A stretch of DNA of 63,861 nt, filler included, from Hyphochytrium catenoides (lineage: Eukaryota; Protista; Hyphochytriomycota): the NCBI GenBank assembly GCA_900088475.1. It is 8 parts of 8 records of this genome, joined end to end, with 100 filler letters (N's around TTAATTAATTAA, not from the genome) between each part and the next. Parts side by side here need not be neighbours in the genome. Positions count along the whole stretch, not along the records: positions 62,682 to 63,861 come from FLMG01000999.1; 7 more parts are not named here. One strand, given 5' to 3'. A program made the position numbers and the translations under genes. Positions 62,682 to 63,861 of this stretch are shown here, one piece after another. Numbering within the stretch: the first letter of the stretch is position 1; the number at the start of each line of letters is the position of its first letter. The notes beneath the pieces were generated by a model. The model ran no database searches. It was given only the letters and a program-made list of their open reading frames with translations, and was not told the DNA's origin.

Positions 62682-63861
62682 TCTCTGCTTCTACTTACTG
62701 GACGGCTCGTACTGGACCATCATTGAGCGGACGTTATGTTGCTTGTCCTGGTCGTTGTTATTATCCGGTCCATTTTCTCCTCATCCCCTTCGCGTTGCTG
62801 ATACTAGTGCCCTCCCACAGCTTCATAAGGTTATCATCCCTTCTTGACGTAACATTTCTGTAGGCTATTCTTCACTCTCAACTCTTGTCTTCTCCCTTTC
62901 GCTCTTTCACTCTTGCTTCTCTCTCCACTCTCCACTCACTTCCGCCCCCCGTTTGGCTCTCGTCTTACTCTTCTCCCACTCCTCCTCCCTCCTCTCTCCA
63001 TCGCCCCTTTCTCCTTGTCTCCTCTCTGCCTTCCTGTTCCTCTTCTTTCTCGCTTTTCCTCTCTGTTTCTCTAAGGCTACGTCCAACTCCTTTCCTCATC
63101 AACTGAATAGTCCGGGGTTGCTTATGGCTATGGTTCCTGTTAAAGCTCTAATCGCTATTAACCCTCGCATAACAGTCGGCCTCTGTTGAATCCTATGAAT
63201 CCTATGCACGCCGCTCAGACGAACGTGGTGGTGGAAGTAGTCGAAGAATAGAAACGGCAACACACTATCCACAAGACGCTATCTCAGGATCTATTTCCTG
63301 AGCATTTGTATCTAATGAAGAATCAATTAACTACTCACTGGATAAACGCCACTCGTTCCTCACGTGTCCACTTGCCCTCTAGATTGTGCTCACCGTCTGC
63401 AGGCGGCAGAGATCAGAGTGTAGGGGACTGTACTTCATCGATCTGACTTATGAAAACTCTACGTCCCCTGCGAGAAAGCCCGCAAGGTTGTCACTCTCTC
63501 TGACTCTCTGGATCTTAGAGTCAGGCCCAGTGTCCAGGTCTCTTTTCCTCTCAACTGTGCTATATCTCTCTCTCTCTGACATTGTCTATCAGAGCGCTTT
63601 TGTCTCACGAAGAAGATCACAATGTGAGCCGTCACCGTCGATCCTTACAAGGCACAACAAGCCCAGCGATAGGGAAGACGGCCGAAGAGACAACAGACAA
63701 CAGTGGGCAGGGCTCTCTGAAAAGCATGAAGCATCTTGAAGAATAAGTACTATTGCTAACAGTTATTTTAGCGTGTGATCTAGTGCACAGAATAGGTGGT
63801 GACGACAGTCCAAATTTCAGACTGCTGGCGAACGGAGTTGAGCTTCTAGTTCTTCTGCTTG

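Overview
Eukaryotic (protist-like, intron-containing) DNA made of eight unrelated contigs/scaffolds joined by artificial 100-bp N44-TTAATTAATTAA-N44 spacers, so synteny only holds within each piece. Spliced genes recognisable by motif: exportin-T, an Rpp14/Pop5-family RNase P subunit, an FATP-type acyl-CoA synthetase, a GLYAT/FR47-like GNAT, a Zc3h12a-type NYN/PIN RNase, a RIO3-like kinase, an FMO, chorismate synthase (5' part), an OS-9/ERLEC1-like double-MRH lectin and a polycystin-1-like GAIN/GPS membrane protein. Three things stand out. (1) A 3.35-kb element with perfect 19-bp terminal inverted repeats (34156-37505) sits inside a degenerate 12-bp satellite and carries decayed tandem OTU-protease motifs plus a homeodomain-like exon. 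A second right end of the same family, with a different interior, lies at ~991-1070. (2) A single gene fuses a pyrroline-5-carboxylate-reductase-like NAD(P)-binding domain to a CaMK-type protein kinase. (3) An intronless, actinobacterial-looking DUF4360 secreted protein is an HGT candidate. All family assignments come from motif recognition by eye, not database searches, and exon boundaries are approximate.
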